34,116 nt of DNA, from contig NW_021831702.1 in the NCBI RefSeq assembly GCF_006345805.1, forward strand, positions 1 through 34,116, written 5' to 3'. Below the pieces are notes generated by a model that saw only the letters and a program-made list of their open reading frames with translations, was not told the origin of the DNA and did no database searches. Made by a program: the position numbers and the translations under genes. Each line of letters starts with the position of its first letter. Position 1 is the stretch's first letter. Positions 11,146 through 23,708 of the stretch are shown here, one piece after another. The stretch comes from Octopus sinensis. Lineage: Eukaryota.

Positions 11146-11649
11146 TCAACAACAACAACTTCAACAACACCTCTTATTGTAGTCACGTTTAGCACACGTC
11201 AAAAGCAGTAACTTATCGCGAGAAGATGGACGTCACAAACAGATTTGGCAGCGCATTGACACAACAACGACCCAACAACAGCCAAGACATCAAAGACCAA
11301 ATAACAAAGACAACCACAACAAAAAGCAAAACTATAACAACAAATAAACACAACAACCAAGTCATATAAAACAGCCCAAAGTCTTTGATTGATATTAATT
11401 CCGGTTGTTTAATTACTTCCGATTCAAACAAGGGAGAACAGAAAAAGAAAATATTTTTATTTACGTTTTTTCTTTCAAAGTTAAACATAACCATATAATA
11501 AATCAGCCTAATGCAATTATTGATAGTATCAATAGCACTAGAATAATGAATATCATTTAATTTAAGAACATTTAAAAGTATTTCCGATAAGATGTAACAA
11601 TGTTATGCGCCAAAGAAAGAGAAGAAGATCATAAGGTACTAATAATTGG

Positions 11650-12094
11650 GGATCTTTTCGGTTTGAACGGCAGTTTTTAACAAATTTCCACGTAACTAAA
11701 CACTTTTAAACTTCGTATACTGGTAGAATGCGTTTATAAAACATCTTTTTCTCTTAGCTTTTTTGAGAAAATTCTATAGTTTGTAAGATATTTGTTGTTT
11801 TTTTTCTTCAATTTCTGCAATTTCAACCAATCAAATACCTCTATTGAGGTAAAAAAAAACATTCTGTGCCGTGTGAATATGTCCCTTGTTTAAGAAACAG
11901 ATTGGGTTTATTTACATTTCTGAAGAAAAAAAGATACCCTTCCCGTCCTACCCCTAAACCTAACCCTAACCCTAACTCTAACCCTAACCCTAATAGAGAT
12001 TGAAATGCAATAGATCGATACTAGGGTCATAATTATGGGTGACAATTTCATATGACACCGCTAGGAAAAACTGCTGTTCAAACCGAAAAAATCC
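11650..12094. mobile_element. Non-autonomous DNA transposon (MITE) with 29-bp TIRs, 8-bp TSD and internal telomere-like repeats
   Basis: Left TIR GGATCTTTTCGGTTTGAACGGCAGTTTTT versus right TIR reverse complement GGATTTTTTCGGTTTGAACAGCAGTTTTT. TSD ATAATTGG at 11642-49 and 12095-102. About 7 CCCTAA-like units at 11952-11993. Confidence 0.9.
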
Positions 12095-12498
12095 ATAATT
12101 GGTCAGTTACACCAAATTTCTTTAAAAAGGTAATGAGATCTACGGGATCTAGAATCTATAAACTTTATCTGAAATTCTTGTCATCCTTTAGGTTATGTAA
12201 TAATTCAATGATTCAATTTCCTGGATTTTCTTTGCAAAGAATTTATGTCGACCCGTTTTCATAAAATCTCCGATCAGATTTAAATCCAGAGAATGTGTTG
12301 TCCACTGCACCACATGGAATTTCTGGTCTTGCATAAATTGCTTGATTATTCTTGTTGTACGTCCTTCGGTTTCTTGTCAAAATGAAAAATTTATAAACGC
12401 CCCAGATTTAATTTGACATATATGAGGAAAGTTTTCTCCGGTGTTTCCAGGTAGATTGTGCTATGGAAAATGCTTTGATTTGATGCATGGAGCCGATC

Positions 12499-12779
12499 GG
12501 TTATAGGAATTTTCGCCGTAAACATTTTTACCGTTGGAAAATTGGCCGTAAACATTTTTGTCGTTGGAAAATTCGCCATAAAAAATACATTGCTAGAAAA
12601 AAAGTAGCTGTTTTCTTAAAATAGCAACTTCATCAACCAACCTACTAATTAGAGAAAGGCAATTTCTTTAAAGTGAGTTTTCTAGTTTACAGTCTGTTTC
12701 TGTGCCGCGTTTTTAGCAAAATTTTCAACATCAAAATTTCCCACGGTCACAATGTTTACGGCGAATTTTCCGGACATGC
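12499..12779. mobile_element. MITE-like element with modular 30-bp inverted subterminal repeats
   Basis: GGAA(A/T)(A/T)TT(C/G)GCC(G/A)TAAA units at 12506, 12536 and 12566, with an inverted copy AATGTTTACGGCGAATTTTCC at 12751-12771. No TSD recognised. Confidence 0.6.
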
Positions 12780-13026
12780 ATAGGGACACCCCTTTCCAGG
12801 TTTACAGTACCAAGACATAACGTTGCTAAGTCCATATTTAACTGCTAAATTTATAAATTCTTCTCTGACAGAAGGCCGGGCATAAATGAATTAAGTTTTA
12901 AAACCTTCGACTGCAAGGTTTTCTGGTAAGACTGACAGAATCCAGTTTATATATGTTTTTGAGTAAACCGAATACAACCTGTTGATTTTCAGAAAATTAT
13001 GTTCTGTCTATTAATGACGACAGGTA

Positions 13027-13212
13027 GAGGCGCAATGGCCCAGTGGTTAGGGCAGCGGACTCGCGGTCGTAAGAACGCGGTTTCGATTCCCAAACCGGGC
13101 ATTGTGAGTGTTTATTGAGCAAAAACACCTAAGCTCCGCTAGGATCCGGCGGGGAGAGGTGCTGAACCCCGCTGTAGACTTTCACCACGACTTTCTCTCA
13201 CTCTTTCTTCCT
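13027..13212 (+). mobile_element. SINE family A, intact tRNA-like head; tail missing or of a third type
   Basis: GGCGCAATGGCCCAGTGGTTAGGGCAGCGGACTCGCGGTCGTAAGAACGCGGTTTCGATTCCC. Similarity to the other A copies stops at CTCTTTCTTC. Confidence 0.85.
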
Positions 13213-13626
13213 ACTTCTGCCACAAAGCAGAGGAACCATGGTGTAACCCACGATGGTGTGGTAAACTTTCAGACCCTAGTCTAGATTGCGAATCTTCTGT
13301 AACCCAGGATGGTTCAGCTCTCCACCCGTTAAAAGCCACCGTTTACAGAATGAGGATAACAACGTAGCTTTTACGCCCGTGCAACCGCCAATCTATCGCG
13401 TGTGGTGGGTGGATCTTCAAGTTGCAACACGCATTCTTAGAAGATTAGAGTAGGCTCGGATTAGAGATTATTCTTTGTGGCTAATGGTGTGAGTCCTAAC
13501 TAGAAGGAGACCGCAGCAGAGTCGAGTCAATGAAGAAGTTGCGACGTAATCTTTATTTTATTTTTTTAGTGTATTAGAAATAGCAGGCAGATCGCCAATT
13601 ATAGTTTCACTAGTAAATCAATTTGT

Positions 13627-13875
13627 GAAGGCGCGGGCTTAGTGGTTAGGGTGTCAGCATCATGATTGTAAGATTGTGGTTTCGATTCCTGGACCTGGCG
13701 ATGCGTTGTGTTCTTGAGCAAAACACTTAATTTCACGTTGCTCCAGTCAACTCAGCTGGCAAAAATGAGTAACGCTGCGATGGACTGGCGTCCCGTCCAG
13801 CTGGGGAACACATACGCCATAGAAACCGGGAAACCGGGCCCATGAGCCTGGCTAGACTTTAAAAGGGAGTATTTA
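13627..13875 (+). mobile_element. SINE family B with tail type 2, full length
   Basis: Complete tRNA-like head; closely matches 1252-1495. Confidence 0.9.
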
Positions 13876-14509
13876 TTTAGTAAATAGATTTATCATCAAT
13901 CGAGAATCGGAGCCATATCGGAGTCATCGATGACACCGGTGACTGCAGAATAGAGAAAGACAATTTTGAGACTGAAGATGTTGTATACCATGCAGTTGTC
14001 GTTGTTTAATTCTTTGCCAGACCTGCTCGAGCACAGCTATGGCCAATAAGGGGTCTGTTTATGAATGTAGTGTTTGTTTGGAGATCTAGATGGAAATTGT
14101 GCAATGTATTCTTCTTTTTGTATGAGAGCAGAATGGTGTCAAGGTGTTATTGAGAGAAATTTAGCAGCTATTTCTTGCATTTTGGGATCGATAATCAAAG
14201 TAACAGTTCTACACTGAAACGATTTCTTTTGCGTCTTTCTCCCCCCACCACCACACACACACCGCTCTTTCTAATTCCCTGTCTCTCCCTCCACTCCTTC
14301 TCCCTCGTCTCCCTCGGTTGTGACCAAACCCGGAAAGGAATGGGCTCCGTCAGGTTAGATATTCCGAAAATATGCCGTATATTAACGACATCGCTTCCAT
14401 CGGTAGTCGAAGACTTTAGACAAGTTCAGATCATATATTAAATCGACTCCTTAAAGACCAAATGCAAATTCGCCTCTCGACAGAACTTGAAAACAGTAAA
14501 TAATGTGAT

Positions 14510-14693
14510 ATTCGTCTGCCGCTACGTTCTGAGTTCAAATTCCACCGAGGTCAACTTTGCCTTTCATTCTTTCGGGGTCAATTAATTAAGTACGAGTTAC
14601 GCATTGGGATCGATATAACCGACTTAATCCGTTTGTCTGTCCTTGTTTGTCTCCTCTGTGTTTAGCCCCTTGTGGGTAGTAAAGAAATAGGTA
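14510..14693 (+). mobile_element. SINE family D, 5'-truncated
   Basis: B-box GAGTTCAAATTCC followed by GAGGTCAACTTTGCCTTTCATTCTTTCGGGGTCAATTAATTAAGTAC, recalled as a conserved central domain of metazoan SINEs. Decayed relatives near 25575 and 33355-33435. Confidence 0.7.
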
Positions 14694-14754
14694 AATAATA
14701 TGATACTTTCGTCCATCGCTCTAAAAAAATAAAATAAAATAACATAAAATAAAA

Positions 14755-15056
14755 TTGGCACTCCGTCAGTTGCGACAAGTGTTCAAGTTGACCCGATCAA
14801 TGAAAAGGCCTGCTCATGAAATTAACGTGCAAGTGGCTGAGCACTCCACAAACACGCGTAACATTAACGTAGAACTCAGGGAGATTCGGCACGACTCAGA
14901 GTGTGACTAAGCTGGCCCTTTGATATACAGGTACTATTCATTTTTGCCAGTTGAGTGAACCGAGCAACGTGAAGAACATAACGCACCGTCAGGAATCGAA
15001 CTCGCGCCTTTACGATCATGAGCAGAATACCCAAGCCACTAAGTCATGCGCCTTCA
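14755..15056 (-). mobile_element. SINE family B head with a different tail (type 3)
   Basis: Reverse complement begins TGAAGGCGCATGACTTAGTGG..CATGATCGTAAAG..GTTCGATTCCTG..CTGGCAAAAATGA like 13627, then diverges into an unrelated ~180-bp tail. Confidence 0.75.
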
Positions 15057-15388
15057 CTCAGTCGCTCTACAGGTTTTTCAAATCCCTCGCCCTAGATTAT
15101 CTAAAAGCTTGACTAGACACGCAGATCTGGTATATTTTAGAGTTAATCGGTAAAAACGGGGAGGCATGGTGACGCATTTATCAAAGGAATTAGCAGAGCG
15201 TGAAGTGAAGAAAAAAATTCTTTGAACTGGTTAGAATTGAAACCGTGTTCACAGCTTGCTTCTGTCATACAACATCATTCACTCGCTCCACGAATAAATA
15301 ATAGATTAGTTTAATGTGAGGTACCTGTGTATATGAAAAACAATTTGTGTGGATGTGTGGGAAAGACAGAGCGCAGAAGTTAATAATA

Positions 15389-15389
<1 letters not shown>

Positions 15390-15439
<50 letters not shown>

Positions 15440-15509
15440 TGTGAGTGAAAGAGCAGAAGTTAATATTCATATGTATGTGCTTGCTTGTTTGTACGTGTGT
15501 GTACGTGTG

Positions 15510-15540
<31 letters not shown>

Positions 15541-15875
15541 ATTTTGGGCGTGTTTGACTGTGTGATTGCGAATCAATACGTGTGAATGTGTATGTATATG
15601 TGTGTATATGCACGTGCGTGTAGATGTTTGTATGTGCATATGTGTGTGTGTATGTGAGTGTGCATGCATGTGTCTGTCTGTGTGCGTGTGTGTATGTGTA
15701 CGTCAGTGCGTGAACGTGTTTGTTTGTTTATTTGCGTGTGTGTGTGTGGTGTGTGTGTGTGTGTGTTGTGCGTGTGTGTGCGTGCGTGTGTGTTCTCATT
15801 ATATATTTCTTTTGAAGATATGGTCACTTAATTATTCTTTCTCTACTGGAAACACTACAACCTGCGGTGTGAAGC

Positions 15876-15917
<42 letters not shown>

Positions 15918-16314
15918 CTCATATTCATACTGACGCAAGCATATTCGACACAGAAATACAAACGAATTATTGAATGAAAGTGATTATAAATACACACACA
16001 CACATACACACACACACAACACACATGCACACATACAGAGAAACACACACACATGTACATGGTATGTCTGTGCGTGCTTGAGTGTATGACTCGCTGGACC
16101 TGTATATTTATGCATACATAGATACATGCTTACATACAAACACACACCACATATATATATTTACATACACACTGATACACACACACACACACTCACACAC
16201 ACACACATGTATGTATGTAATAGACATGAAACAATTGAAAGTGAATATTAAATATAGTGAATTGTTTACAATTGTCTTTCTATATACATGTGTGTGTATA
16301 TATATATACATATA

Positions 16315-16345
<31 letters not shown>

Positions 16346-16379
16346 CCATATATATATATATACACACACACGTATATGC

Positions 16380-16427
<48 letters not shown>

Positions 16428-16474
16428 CCCGAAAGATAGATGGATAGATAGAGAGAGACAAATAGAAAGAAGAT

Positions 16475-16539
<65 letters not shown>

Positions 16540-17267
16540 AGGCATACATATATACATATAAATATAGATATATTTATGTACACACACACACACATACATA
16601 TGTATATATACCCTAATGTATTAAAATACTTTTATATACATACATGGACCAACCACCACCACCACCACCACCACCAGCGCCGCCGTCATTATTATTATTA
16701 TATATATTTTATACATACAAACACCACATAAAAACAAACTGTAACTAACTTTTGTCCTCATAATTCTGTTTTTTTATTTGAGTTTTACTTCAATCAGTTG
16801 TTGTTGTTGTTGTTGTTCTAATATCTAAAACTGACATTAAAATGATTAAAATTATAATTCCATTTCAAATGTTGAGACTTTCTAGTTGAACACGTTAAAA
16901 CATAAACTTTACATATGTTTCGCTTGTTCTTCGCCTCGACGTCGTCGTCGTTGTTGTTGCTGTTGTTGTTACTGTTGTTTTTTTTTCTAATATCGTTTTT
17001 GTTTTTGTTATTTTATAATTTTAAATCATATACAATTGAAGTGGACATACAGGTGTCTTGTCGGGATGGCAGTGTTGGTGGTTGTGTTGATTGTGGTGGT
17101 GCTGGTGGTGCTGGTATTTATGAAGATGGTGTCGATGATGATGATGATGATGATGACTTGTTTGATTTTGCAATATATGAAGAATCATGCTATATTATAT
17201 GTGGGTGTGTATACATATATATGTGTGAGTGTGTGTGTGTATCTGTAATATATATATATAATTATAT

Positions 17268-17303
<36 letters not shown>

Positions 17304-17403
17304 GCATATATATATAGTTGTGTGTGTATATGAATTGTATATACATACACACACACAACGCGCACACATATATATATATATATAAAGATACGTATGTATG
17401 TAT

Positions 17404-17446
<43 letters not shown>

Positions 17447-17447
17447 G

Positions 17448-17505
<58 letters not shown>
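15390..17505. repeat. Microsatellite-rich tract: (TG)n, (CA)n, (TA)n and (GATA)n at 16435-16538
   Basis: Direct reading; short unique spacers between arrays. Confidence 0.9.
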
Positions 17506-18469
17506 ATCGCATCTAAGTATAGACGTGTACATGCATTTCTCTAACTGTATACAATACACACACATATCTGCATAAACGCACTCATATGTATGTGTATGTA
17601 TGTATTCATGTGTGTATATGTGTGTTTGCACGCGTTCATGTGTGTTTGTATATATTTTCCTTTGCGAATCTTGACTTCTATAACATTCTTTCTATAAGCC
17701 AAAGTTTGCTTCTGACTCGGAACCAAATTACTATTATTGGAATTTAGACGTCAAAAGAAGCATAAAGTTTACTATCCAGACTTTAGAAAAGTCTTTTACA
17801 TTTTCACTGTTACCATGATGAACAGAATCTGAAAAATGAGAATTGGTTCTTTTCTACGCTTTAAACCCCTAAACATTTATTTTCTACTCCTGCCCTTTCT
17901 GAGTTGTTTCGCTTAGCTCATTTTTGAGCTAAGGTAATTATGCAAATTACCTAGACCATAAATATGTTATTTTTGTATGTGTCTATGTCCTTTTGCTACT
18001 GGACAAAAAGGCCGAAAAATTTCCCTCTTGATGATGCTTAATAATAGAAACTCATGTCCACGGTTATCCTCTTATACCCTCGACAATAAACCAGTTCTTT
18101 TCCTCAGCAATATGTCAGTTTTGAAGAATTCTTGAATTTTGTATTGATCTGTTTTTCTCATGTTGGACTGGTTATAATTGCCATTTTGAAATGATGAAAC
18201 ATCTTCTAGAGGCGGAGGTAGTCCAATAAATCAACAGTTATTTTGTAGGGTATTTGATATACCTGCATTTGTCGCTTTTCCTCTCTCTCCTTCCTTCTCA
18301 GACCCTTCTATTTTGCTATCTACCTTCCCATACATGCACGCACACGCACGCACATATGCATACACACACACAATTATTCTTACGGATGCAAATACATGAA
18401 TACGATGACCCACTTGCATCCATGCTTGTATAGTTTATCATACATGAATGTATGTCAAAAACACCATTG

Positions 18470-18707
18470 GTCATTTCTGAGTCATAGGCTCATAAGGCCG
18501 GTTTTCTGGATTCTGTGACGTATGTATCCCACGCCCTCATTTACGGTCTGTTGCAGGCTGACTAATTATTGCCGGCTGAGTGCACTGGAGCAACGAGAAA
18601 TGAAGTGTTTTCTTCAAGAACACAATGCCGTCCTCCCGTCTTGAAATCGAAACCACAACTTTACGATCATGAGTGCAGCACTCTAACCACTAAACTACGC
18701 AACTCCA
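18470..18707 (-). mobile_element. SINE family B, old diverged copy with tail type 2
   Basis: CTGGAGCAACGAGAAATGAAGTGTTTT..CAAGAACACAATG..AATCGAAACCACAA..TTACGATCATG..CTAACCACTAA is the reverse complement of the 13627 body and head. Confidence 0.75.
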
Positions 18708-19459
18708 CACACACACACACATATTTAGAGACAACATATATTACGGAAACAATACTTACATATCGCCTGAGGAAACACAACTAGATCTGATAATGCAGGT
18801 AAACGGTGGCATAATGAAATAGCAGCACACCCGGAGAACAATGTTGCGTAGAATCAACTGTAGTGATTGAAAATGAATGTCCAACCGTACTCCTTCTTAT
18901 TGACTCCAAATTTTCACACACACACACACACACAGACACATATGTGTGTTTATCCTCTGGTGGACCCGGCTAGCAGGCAACAAAATATGTTTATCATTTA
19001 TATTTATTTCTACAGACTATACCAAGCTAATTTAATTTTGTATCGGTCTCCCATGCATTGTATATATAGAGAGTAAATGTTGTATGTTTCGAGAGGAAAC
19101 ATCGGTGTAACCATGATGGTATAATGATCTGATGAGCTAGCTTTCTTTATCTGCACTGATTTGTAAATATACAATTGTTTTGTATAATGCATAGCATGCA
19201 TATTAGTTCAGAGTCAAAATCTTCTAATATCATATGCTACCATATTAGATAATGAAGTGTACGCAGGGTAATGTAGTCAATGACTTTACAAATAGATGGG
19301 ATGGTCACTAAAAATCTTTTTGTTTTGGGTTTTTTTTTTTTCATATTTCTGTTCGTAAGGACCTGAACTGGGGTTAAATAACGACTGCAATACGACATAC
19401 ATATAGAAATATTCTCACTAAATGCTACGTAAATGCTATCAAACACAAACATGTATACA

Positions 19460-19531
19460 GACACATACATACAAAAGTACATATACACACACACATACAT
19501 TTGTACATACATACATACATACATACATACA

Positions 19532-19563
<32 letters not shown>

Positions 19564-19575
19564 CACACACATACA

Positions 19576-19609
<34 letters not shown>

Positions 19610-19954
19610 CATACATACATACACACATACATACACACATACATACACACATATATACATACGTATATACATACATACATACACGCACACATACATACAC
19701 ACATACATACATACATACATACATACATACATACATACATACACACACACATACATACATACATACATACACACACACATACATACATACATACATACAT
19801 ACACACATACATACACACATACATACACACATACATACATACATACATACATACATACATACATACATACACACATACATACATACATACATACATACAT
19901 ACATACATACATACATACATACATACATACATACATACATACATACATACATAC
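19460..19954. repeat. ~490-bp (TACA)n microsatellite with CA interruptions
   Basis: Direct reading; source of the HTYI/MYVC ORFs. Confidence 0.95.
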
Positions 19955-20321
19955 AAAGCGTTCTCCAGAATCTCAGCGTAAAACAAATTGAGAGCAACCG
20001 CGTTTACGCGTCTTATGGGGCAAGAGGATAGCACTTCGAACCTCACGGTATTTCATTCTGGCTCGCAATAGAATAAATATTTACCTTTCGAAATGTTTTA
20101 TCATTTATTATTCCTAATCGTCACCATCGTCTTCAAGTTGACTTCCCACTTCACGACCACTACCATGACGACGACGACGACCACCACCACCACCACCACC
20201 ATCACAACTACATCATGACCATCATCATGTCGTTGCCTAAGTAAATTCATTGGCTCTTTATCCTTTCTTTCTTTCTCGCTCTCTCACCTCTCTCTCTTCC
20301 CCCCTCTTTCCCTCTTCCCTT

Positions 20322-20352
<31 letters not shown>

Positions 20353-20491
20353 GTATGCATATATATACACGTTTGTGCATGCATGTATATACATACATAC
20401 ATATATATATACATACACACATATATAGTGACGTATATAATATATGTATATATATATATATTTATATATATATACATATATATATATCACG

Positions 20492-20527
<36 letters not shown>

Positions 20528-20790
20528 CGTGTATATATATATACATATATATATGTATGTATGTATTTTTATACGTATATACATATATAAATATATGTGC
20601 AGGTATACATATACATATGTATGTCTGTGTGTCTATATATATAAATATATATATTATGTGTATATATATATAATACACATATATATATTATGTATGATTA
20701 TATATATATTATATATATATATATAGATATATATATATGTATATGTATATATATATATCTATTTATATATATATATATAATATATTATAT

Positions 20791-20863
<73 letters not shown>
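20322..20863. repeat. ~540-bp degenerate (TA)n tract
   Basis: Direct reading. Confidence 0.95.
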
Positions 20864-20864
<1 letters not shown>

Positions 20865-21541
20865 GTCCCACCTTCCAACAATGAACAACAACACATAGGT
20901 GTTGTTACGAACGTTGTGGATCTGCTTCGCTGGATTCCAACAGCGATGACGATCCCCAAACTACACACACCCCATCACACACACACACATGCACCCATAT
21001 GCACATGCACATAAGCATATACTCATACTGCACACACACACACACACACAATCTATATATACACACATATGTGTGTTCATTTTATTTTTGTTTTTCCATT
21101 GAGGTAGAAGAAGAAAAAGCCTTGTTTCTCGTTTGTCAGACATCAGCAGGCAAAGCAGTGAAAAGAAGGTTTCGGGTTTGGGGTTCCGCTGTACGTCTGA
21201 TCCCTTTGATGATGCACACAATATGGTTAGCTCCGATTAACAATACAATTATCTGTGAACAGCGTTGGTCGAAAGCTGAGGGCGGCTTTCGCAACACCAT
21301 TTATTTTTTTAAAGAACTAAAGAAAAAGGAAAAAAGAAACTGGCTGTATTGTGGTGAGGGCGATGGTGGTGGTGGTGGTGGAGGCAGCTGCGGTAGCGGC
21401 GTCGGCAGCGGTGGTGGTGGTAATAATGGTGGTGGTAGTGGTGGTGGTGCTGGTGGTGGTGCTGGTGGTGGTGATGGTAGTGGTGGTGGTGGTGGTGTTG
21501 GTCGTCGTTGTTGTGCTGGCGGTGGTGGTGGTGGTGGAGCG

Positions 21542-22197
21542 TGGTGAGGTGGATATAGTGAAGGGTGGCGGTGGTGGTGGTGGTGGTGGAACGTGGGGGG
21601 CCGTTGGTGAGGTGGATATAGTGAAGGGTGGCGGTGGTGGTGGGGAAACGGGGGCCGTTGGTGAGGTGGATATAGTGAAGGTGGCGGTGGTGGTGGTGAA
21701 ACGGGGGGCCGTTGGTGAGGTGGATATAGTGAAGGGTGGCGGTGGTGGTGGGGAACGTGGGGGGGCCGTTGGTGAGTTGGATATAGTGAAGGGTGGCGGT
21801 GTGGTGGTGGTTAACGTGGGGGGGCCGTTGGTGATGTGGATATAGTGAAGGGTGGCGGTGGTGGTGGTGAAACGTGGGGGCCGTTGGTGAGGTGGATATA
21901 GTGAAGGGTGGCGGTGTTGTGGTGGAACGTGGGGCCGTTGGTGAGGTGGATATAGTGAAGGGTGGCGGTGGTGGTGGTGGAACGTGGGGGCCGTTGTGAG
22001 GTGGATATAGTGAAGGTGCGGTGGTGGTGGTGGACGTGGGGGGCCGTTGGTGAGGTGGATATAGTGAAGGGTGGCGGTGGTGGTGGTGGAACGTGGGGGG
22101 CCGTTGGTGAGGTGGATATAGTGAAGGGTGGCGGTGGTGGTGGTGGAACGTGGGGGGCCGTTGGTGAGGTGGATATAGTGAAGGGTGGCGGCGGTGG
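21542..22197. repeat. G-rich minisatellite, 12 units of ~54-63 bp
   Basis: Unit GGTGAGGTGGATATAGTGAAGGGTGGCG(GTG)nGAACGTGGGGGGCCGTT. The ATATAGTGAAGG core was counted 12 times. Confidence 0.95.
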
Positions 22198-22494
22198 TTT
22201 TGTTTATGTTGGCGGTAGTTGTACTGCTGTTGCTGGAGCTGGTATCGGCGGTGGAGATGGTGGTCTTGTGGTGGTCGTGGTGGTAGTGGTAGTTGTGGTG
22301 GCGGTGTTGTGGCACCGGTTGTGGAGATGGTGCGGTGGTGATGTACATGTTTTTGTTGTCTCTTTCCTTTCATGATGGTCTGTTTTTTTTGTTGTTTTAT
22401 GGTTGTTTTAATTGTTTCTTTTGTTGTTTCATTGCTTTATAAGTATTTTTTTGCTTTTATTTTCATATGTAGTGTTTATTGTTTTTTTGTTTAT

Positions 22495-22535
22495 AGTGGT
22501 GGTGGTGGTAATAGTAGTAAAGAGCATCAGTAGCG

Positions 22536-22591
<56 letters not shown>

Positions 22592-22604
22592 TCTTGTTGA
22601 TGTT

Positions 22605-22642
<38 letters not shown>

Positions 22643-22900
22643 GGTGCTAGTAGTAGTAGTAGTGTGATTGTCGTCGTCGTAGTAGTAGTTGTTGTAGTGG
22701 TGCTGCGGATGGTAGTGGTAGTAGTAGTGATGGTGGTCATCGTCGTCGCAGGAGTCGTGGTGGAGGTAATGGTGCTAGTGATGGTAGTAGTAGTAGTAGT
22801 AGTAGTGGGGGGTGAAGGTAGTAGTAGTAATAGTAGTAGTGGGGGTGGTGGTGGTGGTGGTCTCGGTGGTGGTGGTGGTCACACCAACAGCAGCAGCAGT
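22495..22900. repeat. (AGT)n/(GGT)n/(AGC)n compound microsatellite
   Basis: Direct reading. Confidence 0.9.
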
Positions 22901-23049
22901 AGAAATACTTGTAATAATATTAGTTGTTTCCGATGTTGTTCGCTGTTTTCAGGTTTGGAAGACCAGTGTCGAGTGAGAATTTGGTGTGACGAGGCTTGGG
23001 CCCTAATTAAACTAACCCTTTCGCACACCCTTACACCTTGTATTTGACT

Positions 23050-23429
23050 TTTATTTTTATTTTTTACTTGCTTCAGTCATTTGATTGCGGCCATGCTGGT
23101 CCACCACCTTGAAAGTTTTTAAGTCGAACAAATCGAGTACTTATTCCATCTGTCTCTCATGCCGAACCGCTAAATAACGGGGACGTAAACACACCAACAC
23201 TGGTTGTCAAGCGGTGGTGGGGGACAAATACACACACACACATACATACGCACACACATACGACGGGCTTCTTTCAGTTACCGTCTAGCAAATTCACTCA
23301 CAAGGTCTTGGTCGGTTCGAGGTAGAAGACACTTGCCCAAGGTGCCACGTGTAGACGACACCGTGGGACTGAACGCGGAACCATGTGGTTGGGAAGCAAG
23401 ATTCTTACCATACAGCCACGCCTGTGCCT
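23050..23429 (-). mobile_element. SINE family C, diverged full copy
   Basis: Tail TTTTACTTGCTTCAGTCATTTGATTGCGGCCATGCTGG through head CCATACAGCCACGCCTGTGCCT. Confidence 0.85.
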
Positions 23430-23670
23430 ATAGTAAGTTACTCGTTCTTTTAAATTCGCATGGATGAAAAGAAATATCAAACCTACCTGGGGATTGAACT
23501 CAGAACGCTATATAACCAACTTCAATAGACAAAGCCTCTACAGTTCTTAATGAACTCGATTTCTCAGATAAGGGGCAAAAACCTGCGAAGATTTTGGACG
23601 GTATCTATTATCGATTATATCGATCTGAGTGTCTGATTACTAAACAGTTTTCTTTATTTTTATGTCGAAT

Positions 23671-23708
23671 AGGCGTAGGAGTGGATGTGTGGTAAATAGC
23701 TTGCTTAC
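23671..23708 (+). mobile_element. SINE family C head fragment, abruptly interrupted
   Basis: AGGCGTAGGAGTGGATGTGTGGTAAATAGCTTGCTTAC matches the first 38 nt of the 30648 copy. Confidence 0.8.

Noticed and set aside
11952-11993. True telomere or chromosome fusion scar
   Set aside because: Short, degenerate, one orientation only, and inside a TIR/TSD-bounded MITE.
13027-13100. Functional tRNA gene (Arg-like)
   Set aside because: Continues into a SINE body, the acceptor and anticodon stems pair poorly, and no oligo-T terminator follows directly.
19237-20046. Long ORFs on both strands (MYVC/HTYI repeats)
   Set aside because: Translations of a (TACA)n array; stop-free by composition.
21542-22197. 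CRISPR-like periodicity
   Set aside because: Inter-repeat segments are near-identical, no cas genes are present, and the context is eukaryotic.
21309-22375. 343-354 aa Pro/His/Thr-rich ORFs resembling extensin or mucin
   Set aside because: Produced by the minisatellite; the repeat peptide hops between frames, and several frames are open.
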